From NCBI RefSeq assembly GCF_006345805.1, contig NC_043013.1, positions 26,226,001 through 26,290,000 on the forward strand: 64,000 nucleotides of DNA. The letters run 5' to 3'. Below the pieces are notes generated by a model, which had not been told where the DNA came from, ran no database searches, and saw only the letters and a program-made list of their open reading frames with translations. Below, in pieces: positions 1 through 13,085 of this stretch. The DNA is from Octopus sinensis (taxonomy: Eukaryota). Numbering within the stretch: the stretch's first letter is position 1; each line of letters starts with the position of its first letter. The position numbers and the translations under genes are program-made.

Positions 1-124
1 AGAGTAACCTTCATAATTTTAGTGAATTAGGTGCATATTTGCCATAAAAGAAAAATGTTGCTATCGATCTATTTTATTCAAAGTAGGCACTGCCTACTTT
101 GTCTACCTAGACTGCACGCCCCTG

Positions 125-170
<46 letters not shown>

Positions 171-365
171 ATAATAGGCAATACACCTTGAAACGTAGGT
201 CCGTGTGTGGTATCCGCTTCTTGGTGAGTGATCTCCCTTTGCAAGATAGAGGACGCCGTGATGGCGTCGGCCTATCTGGTGACGTTGATGTTCGCCTGGG
301 GCTAAATGCAACAGTCACACCCCCACCACCCTGCCCTGTCCCTAGCCATATTCAGTTGGCTAATA

Positions 366-2046
366 TCCCTTATATTATATATATATTATAATTCTGAAAT
401 GCAAAAAATTTGTATGTCTGGTTTTGGCATTGAGAACGGGTTAAAGGCCACTAGATCCCGTCAGATTGACTCCAAAATTTACAGGGACATGTAAAATGAG
501 GTGAGGATGCGAGTGGGCTAGGTTAGAAATCCCCATCTTAAAAGGTATCGTTGCTAGGGCCAAAAACGCAAACTTTGACAAGTCTACTCTCATTCTTTTA
601 TGTGTCTGTCTTTCTCCATCTCTCTCTCTCTTTCCTCCCTTCCTTTCACCATCTCTCTATTGCGTCGTTTCACAGCGTCTATTATCTTTCCCCCGCCGCC
701 ATCGCATTCTATTATTTGCCTGTCTTCCTCCATCTCTCTCTCTCTCTCTCTCCTCCCTTCCTTTCACATTCTCTCTATAACGTCGTTTGATAGCGTCTAC
801 TATCTTTCCTCCGCCACCTTCGCAAGCGCTGTCACTCTCTCTCTCTCTCTCTCTCTCTCCCTCTCTCTACGTCTGTCTGCATACATAGAGAGAATTATCA
901 TCGCCACAACCACCACCACCACCACCACACAATCATGAGAATCTTTCTCTTAAAACAAATCATCTTTAGGTTTCAAAATATTTCATTTTTCAGTCCTCTC
1001 TTTCATATATCACCTTTTCTTCCTCGATCTCTCTCTTTTCCCCCTTCCCTCCAATTTCTCTCTCTATAACGACGTTTGACACCTCACCGTCTCTCTTTCT
1101 TCTCCAACGCGTCGCTGAATGTATTTCTGTTTGTATATATAAAGACGAAACTTGACAGCCGCAAAAGTTTAAATATTCCCACCACAGGTCTTTCAGAAAG
1201 GTCATTTATTATCTCCCACCACCACCGCACAATTACAACAGATATTATTTATCAAAAGATATGTTATTATTTTGCGTGGATAAAAGATTTTAAAGAATTT
1301 ATTTCTATGCTCAAGGCGACCGTCGTTAACAAAAATTTGTCGGTAAATTTGAAAAATTTTCCAGTTTTGAAATATTTACTTCTTAACTATTTCATTCGTT
1401 TTCTCATTGTAAGCCAAATCATCTTTAGGCTTCAAACTATTTTATTTTTCAGTCCTCTCTTTCATATATCACCTTTTCTTCCTAGATCTCTCTCTTTTCC
1501 CCCTTCCCTCCAATTTCTTCCTACAACTACGTTTGACAGCTTCGCCGTCTCTCTGTTACTCTTTCTTCCAAAATTTACAGGGACATGTAAAATGAGGTGA
1601 GGATGCGAATGGGCTAGATTAGAAATCCCTATCTTAAAAGGTGTGGTTACTAGGGCAAAAAATACACACTTTGACAAGTCTTCTCTCTTTCATATATGAC
1701 CTTTTCTTCCTCCGTCTCTACCTCTCCTGAGCGAATAAAGAATGGATCAAATATCTCTACAACTTTAAAAACACAACAGTCTTCTTTAGACCTTCACAAA
1801 AGCAACCGCATATATTGCTAGCTGAACCGATACTCCAACATATAGCACCATATGCATGGTTTTCCAAAATGTCAGAGCGTAAAAAGAAGACAAGCCGAGT
1901 TGTTTCGCCATTGGTTTTTCTCAGACTAAGATCATATTTCGATGACGTTGACCATTTCGATGATGTTGACCATTGTTTTACGGATGTTTTTGTGCAAGAA
2001 TGGACGCCAAAATGAACAGAAACTGAATTTATTAGAATGAGATCTT

Positions 2047-2086
<40 letters not shown>

Positions 2087-2768
2087 CATGTCCCTGTAAA
2101 TTTTGGAGTCAATCCGACGGGATCTAGGTTAGAAATCCCTATCTTAAAAGGTGTGGTTGCTAGGGCCAAAAACGCACACTTTGACCAGTCTACACTTATT
2201 CTTTTATGTGTCTGTCTTTCTCCATCTCTCACTATCTTTCCTCCTTTCCTTCCACTTTCTCTCTACAACGTCGTTTCACAGAGTCTACCTCCCTTCCCTT
2301 CACTTTCTCTCTATAACGTTACAGAGAGAAAATGAAAGAAAGGGAGAAAGTAATAATGAGTGAATGAGAATAACGACGAAGGGTTTAAAAAGCGTAAAAA
2401 TATATTCTTTCTCAACTTACTCAAGATCTTTTGTTGTTTATAAATGGGAGAGAGATAGATAGAGAAAGATAGAGAGTAAGAGAAAACGAGGGAAAGTCTA
2501 CTATCTTACCCCGCTGCCTTCGACAGCGCTGTCACACTCTCTCTCTATGTCTGTCTGCATTCATAAAGAGAATTATCATCGCCACCATCACCACACAATC
2601 ATGAGAACAAATATTATGAATCAGATGTTTATTGGGTTAATTTATATGTGTGTGTGTGTGTGTGTTCTATATATAAATATGTATATATAATGAATATATA
2701 CAAAGTGTATATATCTGTATAAATATATATATATATATAATTTGTATACATTTCTATATATAATGCGT

Positions 2769-2799
<31 letters not shown>

Positions 2800-2813
2800 A
2801 ACACACACACGCA

Positions 2814-2905
<92 letters not shown>

Positions 2906-3797
2906 TGTGCATTATGTGGATGGATTGAGCTAAAAATATGCACACCTATGTTAAAAGTGCTGGCGAGTTTGCATGGCAACTATTTTTTTCCTCAAATGAA
3001 AGGCGTGACCTCTAGGGCAAAATTCCTCATCTTATAAAATGTGGCCCGAGTAGACCCGAATGAAATCGGGTTATATTAACCAAAATGTGAAAAGGGGTCT
3101 AAATAGGGCTGGAAGGGAATTAAAATTTACAGGAGCGGGTGTTTAGGAATTCTCTGTTACATCAAGCTAAAAAATTTGCACCACCCTTTAAATCTTCAAT
3201 ATGTTGCCGTCTATGATGAAGAAGTTTTGAATGCTTGCATTGGTGAATCTACTGTCGTGAGAAAGAATCACTTCAAAACTTGGTGTTTAGGAATTTTGTT
3301 TTACATCAAGTTCAACATTATACGCCAGCCGTTAAAATGCCACTACGTTGCCGTCCGTCGTTAAGAAATGCCAGCCACGGTGACTCTACTATTCTCAGAT
3401 TCTATCCCTTCAAAATTTGGTTTCCAATATTTTTAAAATTTTTATTCAGCTCGCAAGTTCGTCTGTCCCTTTCAAATGTTAGTGTTTTAATGTCTGCCTT
3501 GAAGTAGACCTTTCCGTTGTTACTGCCTGATATTTATGATCGATCTTTCAAAATATATTCTTTCTCAACTTACTCAAGATCTTTTGTTGTTTATAAATGG
3601 AAGAGAGATAGATAGAGAAAGATAAAGAGTAAGAGAATGCGAGGGAGAGTCCGAGAGAAAGGAAAAGAGAGTGGGAAAGTGAGAGAGAAAGGAGAGAGAA
3701 ACAAAGATGGAGAATGTGGTGATAAAAAGCAGAAAGGAAGCAACAGAGAGTAACAACCACACTCTTACCCGCGCGTAGAGCGGGCCACCTTAGGCTA

Positions 3798-3798
<1 letters not shown>
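366..3798 (+). mobile_element. Putative non-autonomous Helitron-like composite with internal duplications
   Basis: 3' end CCCGC-N7-GCGGG hairpin then CTAG|T (3768-3799); possible A|TC 5' start at 366; internal blocks repeated at about 474-600, 1570-1680 and 2087-2200. Confidence 0.5.
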
Positions 3799-3870
<72 letters not shown>

Positions 3871-3917
3871 GTATATGTATGTATATGTATGTATATATAT
3901 ATGTATGTATATGTATG

Positions 3918-3988
<71 letters not shown>

Positions 3989-3993
<5 letters not shown>

Positions 3994-5240
3994 TGGCAAC
4001 TAAGTTCCCGCCGTTTTTTAAATTTAAATTTTTTAAAGGTTTAATAAAAAATAACAACTAACTAATCAATAATGTATTCACCCTTTTTGTTTAAAACTTC
4101 TTCCCAACATTCAACAAGATTCTCAATACCTAGTTGGTATTGAAAATCACCCGATTTCGACCCCAAATTGGTCCAACCAAGCTCTCAATTCTGCGTCAGT
4201 ATTGAAGGAAACTCCGCGCATAGTATATGGAAGAGATCGAAAGAGAAGGAAATCCGTTGGTGCCAAATCAGGAGAATATGGTAGGTGTGGCAGCACTTCC
4301 AAGACATGCGTTTGAATGGCTTCCTTGGTCATATTGGCGATTTGAAGGTGGGCGTTGTCGTGCAGCAGAACTCCATGCTGACGATTAGGTCTTTTCTTTT
4401 GAATAGCCGTGTTGAGTAGTTCCATCTGTTGAACATAGAGTTACGCGTTGACCATTTGGTTCCATTCAAGCAATTCGTAATGGATAATCCCTTCCCAGTC
4501 CTACCATACGCACAACATCATTTTACGCGGATGAAGATCTTGTTTCACGCGCGGTGTCGCTTGTTTACCGGGGCTAAGCCATTCCTTAGGCTGCTTCATA
4601 TTGATGTACAGGCACCATTTTTCGTCGCCAGTAACGATTTGGTAAAGAAATCGTTGCTTGTGTCCATTAGTTGAGCGGTGACGTGCAAGAAAACCAGCAG
4701 AGATAGTGACTCGTTGATTTTTGTTGTTGTCACTTAAAGCATGCGGAATCCATCCTCCATACTTCTGAACTTTTCCCATGGAGTGAAGATGCTTCTCTAT
4801 AGCAGTGTGGAAGCATTCCATTTTCTTTGCCAGTTCCCTTGTCTTTTGAAGAGAATTTTCGTGCAAAAGTTGGTTTAATCGCTCTTCGTCGAACTCAACT
4901 GGACGGCCAGAACGAGGTGCGTCTTTGAGGTCAAAATTTCCATTTTTGAACTTGGCATACCAATCACAAGCGGTTCTTTCAGCTATGGCACACTCTCCAT
5001 ACACAACACAAATGTCGTGAGTAGCTTTTGCGGCCTTAGAACCTTGATTAAAAGCAAAAAGGAGGTGTCGAAAATGCTCGTTTTTCTTAACTTAGCATTC
5101 TATTTTAATGATCTGAAAATAAACTAAAATTAACTAGAAAAAAAAACAAAATAGATTCCAAAATGATTCAAAACTAGAATCCTCGAAAAAAATATATTCA
5201 AAAAATTTTTTAAACGGCGGGAACTAAGTTGCCGACGCAA
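3989..5240 (-). mobile_element. Full-length but decayed mariner (DD34D) transposon
   Basis: TIRs ttggcaactaagttcccgccgttt / aaacggcgggaactaagttgccga; transposase motifs WIPHAL, TGDEKW, LLHDNA, YSPDLAPTDF with stops and frameshifts; sits in a (TA)n tract. Confidence 0.93.
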
Positions 5241-5261
5241 TACACACACACACACACACAC

Positions 5262-5376
<115 letters not shown>

Positions 5377-6884
5377 CAAGAGAGTTTGTATATGTGTGTG
5401 TGTGCGTACGTGCGTATATTCCTTATGCTTTCCAAAACCGAGTTGCTGATTTTGATGTATGAGGTATCAAAAGATTTAGTAGGCTTTTGGCTACCAAATA
5501 AACTATATTTTCATTCACATATTTGCATTACAAAAATTCAACATTGTCATTTCCCTTTTAGTCACCTGTCGTAAGCATTTTATATCACCACCACAACGAC
5601 ACTGACGTCACATTTTCTATATGAGTGTGTTCGTGCATTCGTTACCTATGTTAGGCCGATGACTGACAAGTTTAAGTGTGACGGTGTTTGTGGCGACCGA
5701 CAGGGACAGAGGTAGGCTTCAGGTGTGCATTAATGTATATGTGTGTGTCTAAGTTTATGCATGTAACTTTCTCCCGCCTAACAGTGAAACGCGCCGATAC
5801 TGAAAGTTTAGTTGCGGCTGGGAACAACAGCGTTCACTTTGAAGTACTACCAACATGAAGATTTGGGTGATTTAACACCACTCACAATATCGCAAATATA
5901 TCTGAAAAAATGTTATTCTGGTTATTATAACAAATTCGGAAACTTGGCGAAGCAGGAAGCCTCAGCGACTCTTTCAATATAATTACAGAAATGTTATTCC
6001 ACTCCTTCTAACCAGTTTCAAGATAATGGTTTTTTTTATAGTCCTTGCATTCTTCATCAACGTCGTACAACCTTTTTACTGCGTTAGTTAGTATTTATTC
6101 TACAGCCTATAACGTTACACAGTTAAAAAATATGTAGTAATGTCAAATTATATCTTGCTACACACATCCTTCAGCAAATATTTTAAATTAACGTTACAAC
6201 AGCATCTTCCTTTCTATACACTTGGTTCAGCGTTCGTTTCAAAATTGTAAAATAAATCATTTTTATATGGAAAATTGAATTATGCCTTCTGAATTTTCTT
6301 GGACTTTCACTTTCTTCACCGTGATACTCACTCGTGAATTCTGTAATATTTAATACATGTTCCAAATAAATGTTGACTTTCTGTACTTTGTTACATTGGT
6401 GACGCAGAGTAACTTTTGCTAAATTGGTGGTATTCCTTTTTTTTTTTTTTTTTTGTAGCATAACTATGCTACAGAAAGTATGTTTTACACCTATATTGAC
6501 TACATTTCGTTTCGCTTGAAGTTCGTATGTGTACATTTTGCTGTTTTCAATATTATAAATTCTTTGAGTGTGTTTCCGTTTCCTTACATCTATAGGAAAC
6601 TATAGTAAAGAATATTTTAAGCTGTTTTAATGAGCTCATTTTCACAACTAAAATAACCTCGGCAACTACGTTGGGTCACACAATTTTCAGGTCACATTCG
6701 AACAATATTTCGATTTGCTTCCAATGTTTCACTTTCGTCCGATGTTTCACGCATGCGTAGAATTCTACTCCGACAAAAATTTATGAAAATGTACACATAA
6801 ATTTTGTGTTAAAATAAGCCACAACCAAAACAATTGCATTAAAAGACATCCATTTTTCTATGTTATAAGGAAATACAGTAACAA

Positions 6885-6927
<43 letters not shown>

Positions 6928-8290
6928 CTCTCTCTCTCTCGCTTTCTCACACACACACATACACGCACGCACGCACACATACACACACACGCACGCACAA
7001 AAAAAGATGTATGCATATGTATTTATGGGCGAAGATAAAGAATACGTACTCCCGGTGTTTAAGGTTAGGATTACGCCGAAAATGGTTGGTATGCGTATTC
7101 TTTACCTCCGCTATGTACGTGTGTATGAAAGACAATGTGTGTGTGAGAGAGAGAGAGCGAGTGAGTGCCACTTACACATACATGCAAAAATTCATACAAC
7201 ACGCACACCTTCACTTACTCTCGCTTTCTTCCTTTCTTTCTCTCGCTCTCTCTCTCTCACACACACACACGTCCATTTCATATACACGTACGTCTTAGAC
7301 TTTCTCTTCTCACTTCAAAGCAAATGTCACCTTTTAAATATATCCGTTTTTTCAATTTCTACTCTCTTCAAAGCATACAGAAATTAAGACAATTTTACGG
7401 AAATTAACGAACAATCATATGTCAAGTTAACAACTTTGCTCCTTCAAACGAAAGACTGCATAAAATAACTTCTTTTGACACATTCTAGGTAAAACTTCTG
7501 TGCGAATTATGTTATTTCTTGCTATGTGCACGTGCAAATTTACAGCTCAAATCCAATTGAAATTATCTTTTTCTATTGTGTAGTTTGTGTTTACGATGAA
7601 CATATTTAAAAACCTGATCTTCGATATAAACTTAAAAGGAAGTTTTCCCAGAAATCCTGTCCTTTATCTCTTCTTTCTAGCATGTCCAAGGTGATATTTC
7701 CATCAACTCCCCTTATTATTTTAATTGCTAAATTTCTTCCTATGTTTGCGATATAGGAGATTACGATTTCACCCACAAAATAAGTTCTCAATATTTAAAT
7801 TTTCTCCCTCTCCACACCAAATTAATTTTTTGCTTCTTTCAAATTTTTATGCTTGGTAATACATGGTGAAAAAACAGAGAGTACGGATTTAAAAGGATTT
7901 TATTCATCACCTCACCACTTTCAAAAAGCTACACACTCCCAAAGTTTCACTTTTAGCTTTTTGGAAAATGGGGAAGTTTCTTCGGAAATAATGTTTCTTA
8001 CCTGTTGTTTCTAACATGTAGGGTTTTCTGGTGATTGTCTGGTATTTTTTAAGTTTACTATTTCAGTAGAATTCTATGCATGCGGTAAACATCAGCCAAA
8101 AGTGAAAGATTGGGAGATTTTAGCTTTTTAAAAGCTGATAGGTGTTGGGTGGGCGAGGTGGAGGAAGATTTGAAGATTTTTTGCTTTTTGAAAGTTGGTA
8201 GGTGATAGATGGGCAAGGTGGAGAAAGAGGCATTGAGTGTTTCTTTAAGAAAAATTAAACTATGAAATATATATATATATATAGTAATAA

Positions 8291-8976
8291 AATACAGTGT
8301 ACATTTAAACACATAAATACTGTATAAGTATTTATACATCCTAATTTTTTCAAAATCTACTGCGCAGCCACAGCTCTTCGCCAGCAATAAAAAAATGCCA
8401 ACTTTTAAAAACAGAAAATTATCCAAAAACTTACAATACTTAATCATATCAAAGGGAAATGGAAATTAATTAAAATTTTCATTTCCAGTGGCCTAACATG
8501 TAAAAATTTAGTCCAAAGACTATGTATTAGTCATAAAATACAGTGTACATTTAAACACATGAGGAATCCACTCGTGGGATTCAACACACTAGAAAGAACA
8601 GCTAGGTTCCATAACCACAAAATTCGACAGGAACAAAATGAAAAAATAAAAACATTTTACCATCTAGTTTCCTGGACCAATTGGTTTCTGATTTTAGTTT
8701 AGTAAGTAAAATAACATATACTCGCTAGGTGAAATCGTCCTCAGCAGGAACACCTTGGGTTAAATATATAAACACGGAGCGATCAAGCTATGCGCCTCTT
8801 GTTTATACATCTTATGTTTTTCAAAATCTACTGCGCAGCCGCAGCCCTTTTAATTAATTTCCATTTCTCTTTGATATGATTAAGTATTTTAAGCTTTTGG
8901 ATAATTTTCAGTTTTTAAAAGTTGGCATTTTTTTATTGCCGGTGAAGGGCTGCGGCTGCGCAGTAGATTTTGAAAA
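8291..8976. repeat. Nested inverted-repeat (foldback) region
   Basis: About 125 bp at 8350-8475 inverted at 8846-8975; 32-bp inverted pair 8817-8848/8945-8976; 25-bp direct repeat at 8291/8537. Confidence 0.8.
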
Positions 8977-9444
8977 TTTGATCTGTAGATACCGACGCTA
9001 TCAGGGCGTGTATAAGTCTTGAAAATATTACAAAAATTGATTCCAGGTGAGAATGCGATCGATAAAGCCGTGGGAACGTGCATTTGTACGTGCAATTACA
9101 TCAGCTGTTGTGGTCGATACGACGCATATGCGAGAAAAATGCACGTGCAGTTTGTGCAAAAAAAGCCTGCTGACTTGAAATAATGCCACAAAATGCAGTA
9201 TATTTAAGAGACCAAAAAAGTAAGATGCAAAAGAGATATTTTCTTCAAACTTGGCATGAAGGAAGGAAAGACTATTTGGTTTGCCTAAACTTCGTTTAAC
9301 AAAGCCAAAAATTTTATTGAAATAATGGCATGCTTAATTATTTCTTAATGAAAAGAAAACACTCATTGCTTTTTATTCAGCAGATATGATTCAGCACCCT
9401 CCATTGGATGGTGGGGGGCGTTTTGCTCGTATATATATATATAT

Positions 9445-9605
9445 GATAGACTTTCAGTTTATGTATATCAAATCCTCTCAAAGGCTTGAGTCAGATAGGA
9501 GCTATAGTAGAAGACACTTGCACAAGGTGCTATGCAGTGAGATTGAACACAAAACCATGTGAGTAAGAAGCAATCTTCTTACCACACAGCCATGCCTGTG
9601 CCTGT
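9445..9605 (-). mobile_element. tRNA-derived SINE (second family)
   Basis: Reverse complement of 38752-38915; ggctgtgtggtaagaag A-box-like and gttcaatc B-box-like motifs. Confidence 0.65.
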
Positions 9606-9900
9606 ATATATCATATACAGATAATATTACATATTAGCATCTTAAAGTATCATTTAATAATACTTATTTTAAAATAAATCCACCACCACCGGACATTTCC
9701 ATCTGCTATTGATATTCTTTTCTGCTTTCTGGCATTATATGTCTAAAGAAGATGCTTTCTCAAGATAAGTACCATAGTTGTAAGGGCTTTGTACAGTATA
9801 TCCACATTAAGTAAGATAGATAGAATGTTATTTTGAACTAATACTGCTCCCATTGCTAATAGCAATTGTGTGTATGTGTGTGTGCACACATTAAATGATG

Positions 9901-9945
<45 letters not shown>

Positions 9946-10039
9946 GAAAAGGTTATCTATTCACACATGACAGATGCCCAAGCACAAACCTTGAAATACG
10001 TATAATACTACTACTGGATGGTACAGGGTAAATCTGAAG

Positions 10040-10830
10040 GTGGACGAGCTTTATACTGTACTCTACTATGTTCTTAACAGAATATACCATAACTACATAT
10101 ATACATATATATGTATATTCATCACTTCCAGGGAATCAAGAAAGATTTACACACACACACATATAGTTGGAATTTACAGAAAAGCAAAAGATAAAGACAG
10201 CTGTATAAACAACAAGAAGGTGTATTAGTTTGGTGCTCAGGAAGGTGAGAAAGTCTTTTATGTTTCAAGCCTATGCTCTTCAATAGAAAGGAACATGAGG
10301 AAATAAAGAGAGAGAGAATAAAAAAAACTTGTGGATTTAACTGTTAATATTAAAGAATATAGTTGTGTAAAGCCAGAACAATGTGAGAAGCTACAAAGTA
10401 AACTACAAAAGAAAAAGAAAATGGAACAAAGTTGCAGTTTTACTTTGTGTTTCTATATTTCGGGGTGAAACACTTCGGGGCATTCAGAAAAGCAGTAGAT
10501 GGAAAAGGGTGTTTGCCAGATGTGCTTGTGTGGAGAAGGGGCAGGGGAGGAAGGAGGGAAGTGACATGCATGGACTGGTGTTGCTATAGCAACCAGTCTG
10601 CTTCGTTAATGGCTGCTCTCAGTTTGTTTATAAGGAGGGCTTCCATAATTCTGAGATTGCCCCTGTTGCACTGAGTTGCCTAGATGGAAATTTTGAAATT
10701 CTGGGTTTTGCATTATTGAAGTGTCTGTCTGCATATACACATCCTTTCTTTAGATGTGGCTGGTCTATGGAGTTACCCAGGGTTTCACATCCATAAAGCA
10801 CTAAGCTCCACAGCATCTTTTCATAGGATA
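10040..10830 (-). mobile_element. Degenerate Penelope-like element remnant
   Basis: Minus-strand EALLINKL..IN-like GIY-YIG tail near 10600-10700; decayed hammerhead-like core ttgaagag...gaaac at about 10262-10285. Confidence 0.35.
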
Positions 10831-10937
10831 TGAAGCAACGCTGTAAAGCTAAGCATAACTATATTCATCTAATTACTCTACTGCTCTATAACTTAGAGTG
10901 TGCTTCTCTTTCAGACTTACAATTTACTGATGATATG

Positions 10938-11017
<80 letters not shown>

Positions 11018-12986
11018 ATTGTTTTTGATAACTGTTTCACTTTTTTAACTATTGAGTTGCACCAAAACACTAATAGTTAATGACTTCATTTCCTCCTAAT
11101 CATTCAATTCAACTATTTATTCACACTCCTCTTAGTGCTTATTCAGCCCTAAAATTACTTTGTACTGTTTTGTTTAGCACTTATGTTGCCCATTCCTCTA
11201 ATTTACTATCCTTACCACTTCTGTCGTGTTATTTTACACAATTTCCAGACACTTAGCTGTTATTTTTAGCGGTTCATTTTCAGTTTTAGACAATGGAATG
11301 GAATGGTGAGGGATGTGTGGATCAATTTTGGAGTTCTTCATAGAAAATTTTTTTCCATATTCTTAATCTCTGTATTTTTCCACATGGATTGAAAACAAAT
11401 TTGAAAAAAGTTAAAAATTAAAAATTTGGGTGGTGTGGAGAATTTAAAATTCTAAAAACATGGCTTTTGCATATTCAAAATCTGTCATCAAAAACATAGG
11501 AATCTGCTAAAAAAAAAAAGAAAATTTGGAAGGATCGTATAGCAGGGAGGGCTCTCCCCTAGAAACTTCCCTGATTAATGAAAAACCATCACGACAAATT
11601 TGGTACAGATTGATCCAGCGGTTTCGATGGAGGAAACACATACACACATACACACATACACACACATACAATGAATTTTATAGGTATAGATATATATATT
11701 TCTTCACCATCTTGCTTCAGTGTCTAGTTTGGCAGGTTGTTTGATGGTTAGATGTCCTTTGTAATGCCAACCATGTTACTGCATATACTGGCTGTATTCC
11801 TGTACTACCAGCACTAGTTAGGCTGCAACTTGCAAAACAATGAACCTAAGAGAGGTTGGTTTATGTTAGGATATGAGGAGTTAAATGCTGAGAGAAAGAG
11901 CCACAGCAGAAAATACTCCTTGCAGTAGACAAACTACATGTCTGCTTACTTTATAAGAGAAGGTGGGGAGGTGGAAAGAGATGAAAATAGTGGTGATGTG
12001 GTGTTTAAGCAGACACCCAAGATGAATAGAAGAGAACAGGAATATACGAACAAGGACTGTGGGTGGGAGAGGATTTCAAGGGTGCATGGGAGAATTACAG
12101 TTGAGGAATCACTGATGGGATGTAGGTGACAACTGTGAAGACTGGGCACAGCTGAAGGATAGATGTAGCAAATGAGGGATAAGGGGGGGGGATGCCAATT
12201 GCTGTATGTGTCAGGGAAGGTAGGCAAAGAAAGGGAAGACTGGACAATGTGTAAGGATGTGTGTGTGTGTGTGTGCGCATTGTATGTGTGTGTGTTTGTG
12301 TATGGGTTTGTGTGCAATCAGGTAAGCAAAAAAAATAAACAGACAAATAGATGGATTGATATATTTATTAAATTTTTATTACATTAAAGTTAATTAGAAT
12401 AATAAACATAAAGTTAGATTTCTGAAAATATTTACAATTTCAGAAGAATAAAAGTGAAAAAGATTTCTGAATATCATTACTATTTTAGAACCTGTAAAAG
12501 TAAAATAACATATCCGACTATTTTTAATATTTTAGAAGAATAAAGGTAAAAAACTTTCTGAATATTAAATGTAGTAAATGTTAATTATATAGTTATATGA
12601 TTATATATCGTGGATATAGTAGAGAGAATTCTCATTAAGTTGGTTAGGCTCCATCACTAATTCCAAAGTGTTATCTCTATGTCTTTTACTTCAGGTTCTT
12701 GTATTTCCCTGACTGTTAGTAAATTATGTTAATATATTACATTAAAATATTAGATTAGAAATAGGATTAAAATATTTGGCATATACCTTGCTTTTTTACT
12801 TTAGAATCTATTTCTGTGTTGCTATGTTTTATTAATATTAGTAACTAATTGATGTGTTAAGTGCAATAAATGGTAATTTTATAGTTATATGGTTATATAG
12901 AGGTGATATAGTGGACAGGATTCTCCAGAAGTTGGTAAGTACATGTTTTGTTAGATTCAGGAAAGTCTTCTCCAAGAGCTATTTCG

Positions 12987-13085
12987 TTAGAGATGTGTTT
13001 GCTCCAGCATTCTATTTAACAATGCAGTAATTGTATCAAGTTTTTTCTTTACATTTTCCATCCGAACACGCAGCCCCTCCTCAAT
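12987..13085 (-). CDS. TRPM: TRPM terminal coding exon: IEEGLRVRMENVKKKLDTITALLNRMLEQTHL*
   Basis: gttgcag acceptor in phase 0, heptad pattern, TAA stop; AATAAA on the minus strand near 12828 and 12364-12380. Confidence 0.82.
   Translation of the reverse strand: MEEGLRVRMENVKKKLDTITALLNRMLEQTHL

Noticed and set aside
4147-5004. Active or domesticated (SETMAR-like) transposase
   Set aside because: Mutated start, internal stops and frameshifts, intact TIRs and no SET domain
9000-12900. Downstream NUDT9-H exons of the TRPM gene
   Set aside because: No Nudix-like or NP.GRTG-like motifs seen on the minus strand by eye; the region is repeat-derived or AT-rich
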